A DNA stretch of 13,542 bases from a virus (lineage: Duplodnaviria; Heunggongvirae; Uroviricota; Caudoviricetes), in the IMG/VR virus record IMGVR_UViG_2690315994_000027, positions 1 to 13,542 of that record; one strand, written 5' to 3'. Position numbers and translations under genes: made by a program. Every line of letters starts with the position of its first letter. Within the stretch, counting starts at the first letter, position 1. This document shows, one piece after another, positions 13,471 to 13,542 of this stretch. Under the pieces are notes generated by a model. The model saw only the letters and a program-made list of their open reading frames with translations. It was not told the origin of the DNA and ran no database searches.

Positions 13471-13542
13471 ATGCAAATTTCACCGGTTACTCTTCGTGTT
13501 GCGAAGGCGTTTATATCCAGACATCACCGACACAATAAACCC
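13471..13542 (+). CDS. Hypothetical protein, 5' fragment only (runs off the window end)
   Basis: ATG at 13471 with AAGGAG 7 nt upstream; MQISPVTLRVAKAFISRHHRHNKP...; truncated by the window. Confidence 0.4.
   Translation, partial: MQISPVTLRVAKAFISRHHRHNKP

Larger units (their letters stand above)
604..13542. mobile_element. Rac-like lambdoid prophage, left (attL/int) end through the replication and nin-like region; right end lies outside the window
   Basis: Gene order int-xis-lar-recT-recE-racC-ydaE-kilR-repressor-cro-like-ydaT-O-like-dnaC-like matches the Rac prophage early region. Exact left boundary is somewhere in about 571-635 (core not resolvable from one junction). Confidence 0.85.

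Noticed and set aside
13292-13483. 63-aa minus-strand ORF
   Set aside because: Antisense to the 119-aa gene and spans the next gene's RBS.

Overview
This window covers a chromosome-prophage junction. Bases 1-~600 look like host DNA (yebY-like periplasmic protein gene, then the SdsR/RyeB small RNA with its terminator); from ~600 to the window end is the left ~13 kb of a Rac-like lambdoid prophage. Prophage order, left to right: attL P' arm (IHF consensus site plus three tandem arm-type repeats), int and xis (minus strand), a small basic ORF coupled to lar/ralR, recT, recE, racC, ydaE, kilR, a pair of convergent small ORFs, the immunity region (HTH repressor without a protease domain, divergent Cro-like gene, YdaT/CII-like gene), replication genes (O-like/DUF1376 with internal iteron-like repeats, DnaC-like loader), and the start of a nin-like region of small unknown and acidic proteins. 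The most unusual items are: (1) the integration site at an sRNA 3' end; (2) a 15-bp operator-like motif present in two copies 23 bp apart at both the leftward and rightward early promoters; (3) an opposite-strand acidic 71-aa gene with its own promoter at the position of lambda oop; (4) an SD-hairpin-ATG-TGA start-stop in front of an acidic reading frame that has no canonical start, followed by two further translationally coupled small acidic genes; (5) an orphan plus-strand terminator between recE and racC. No tRNA, rRNA, CRISPR array or IS element was seen. Everything was read by eye from the six-frame track and the raw sequence; no database search or folding program was run, so all homology calls rest on recollection of the protein families and need BLAST/HMM confirmation.
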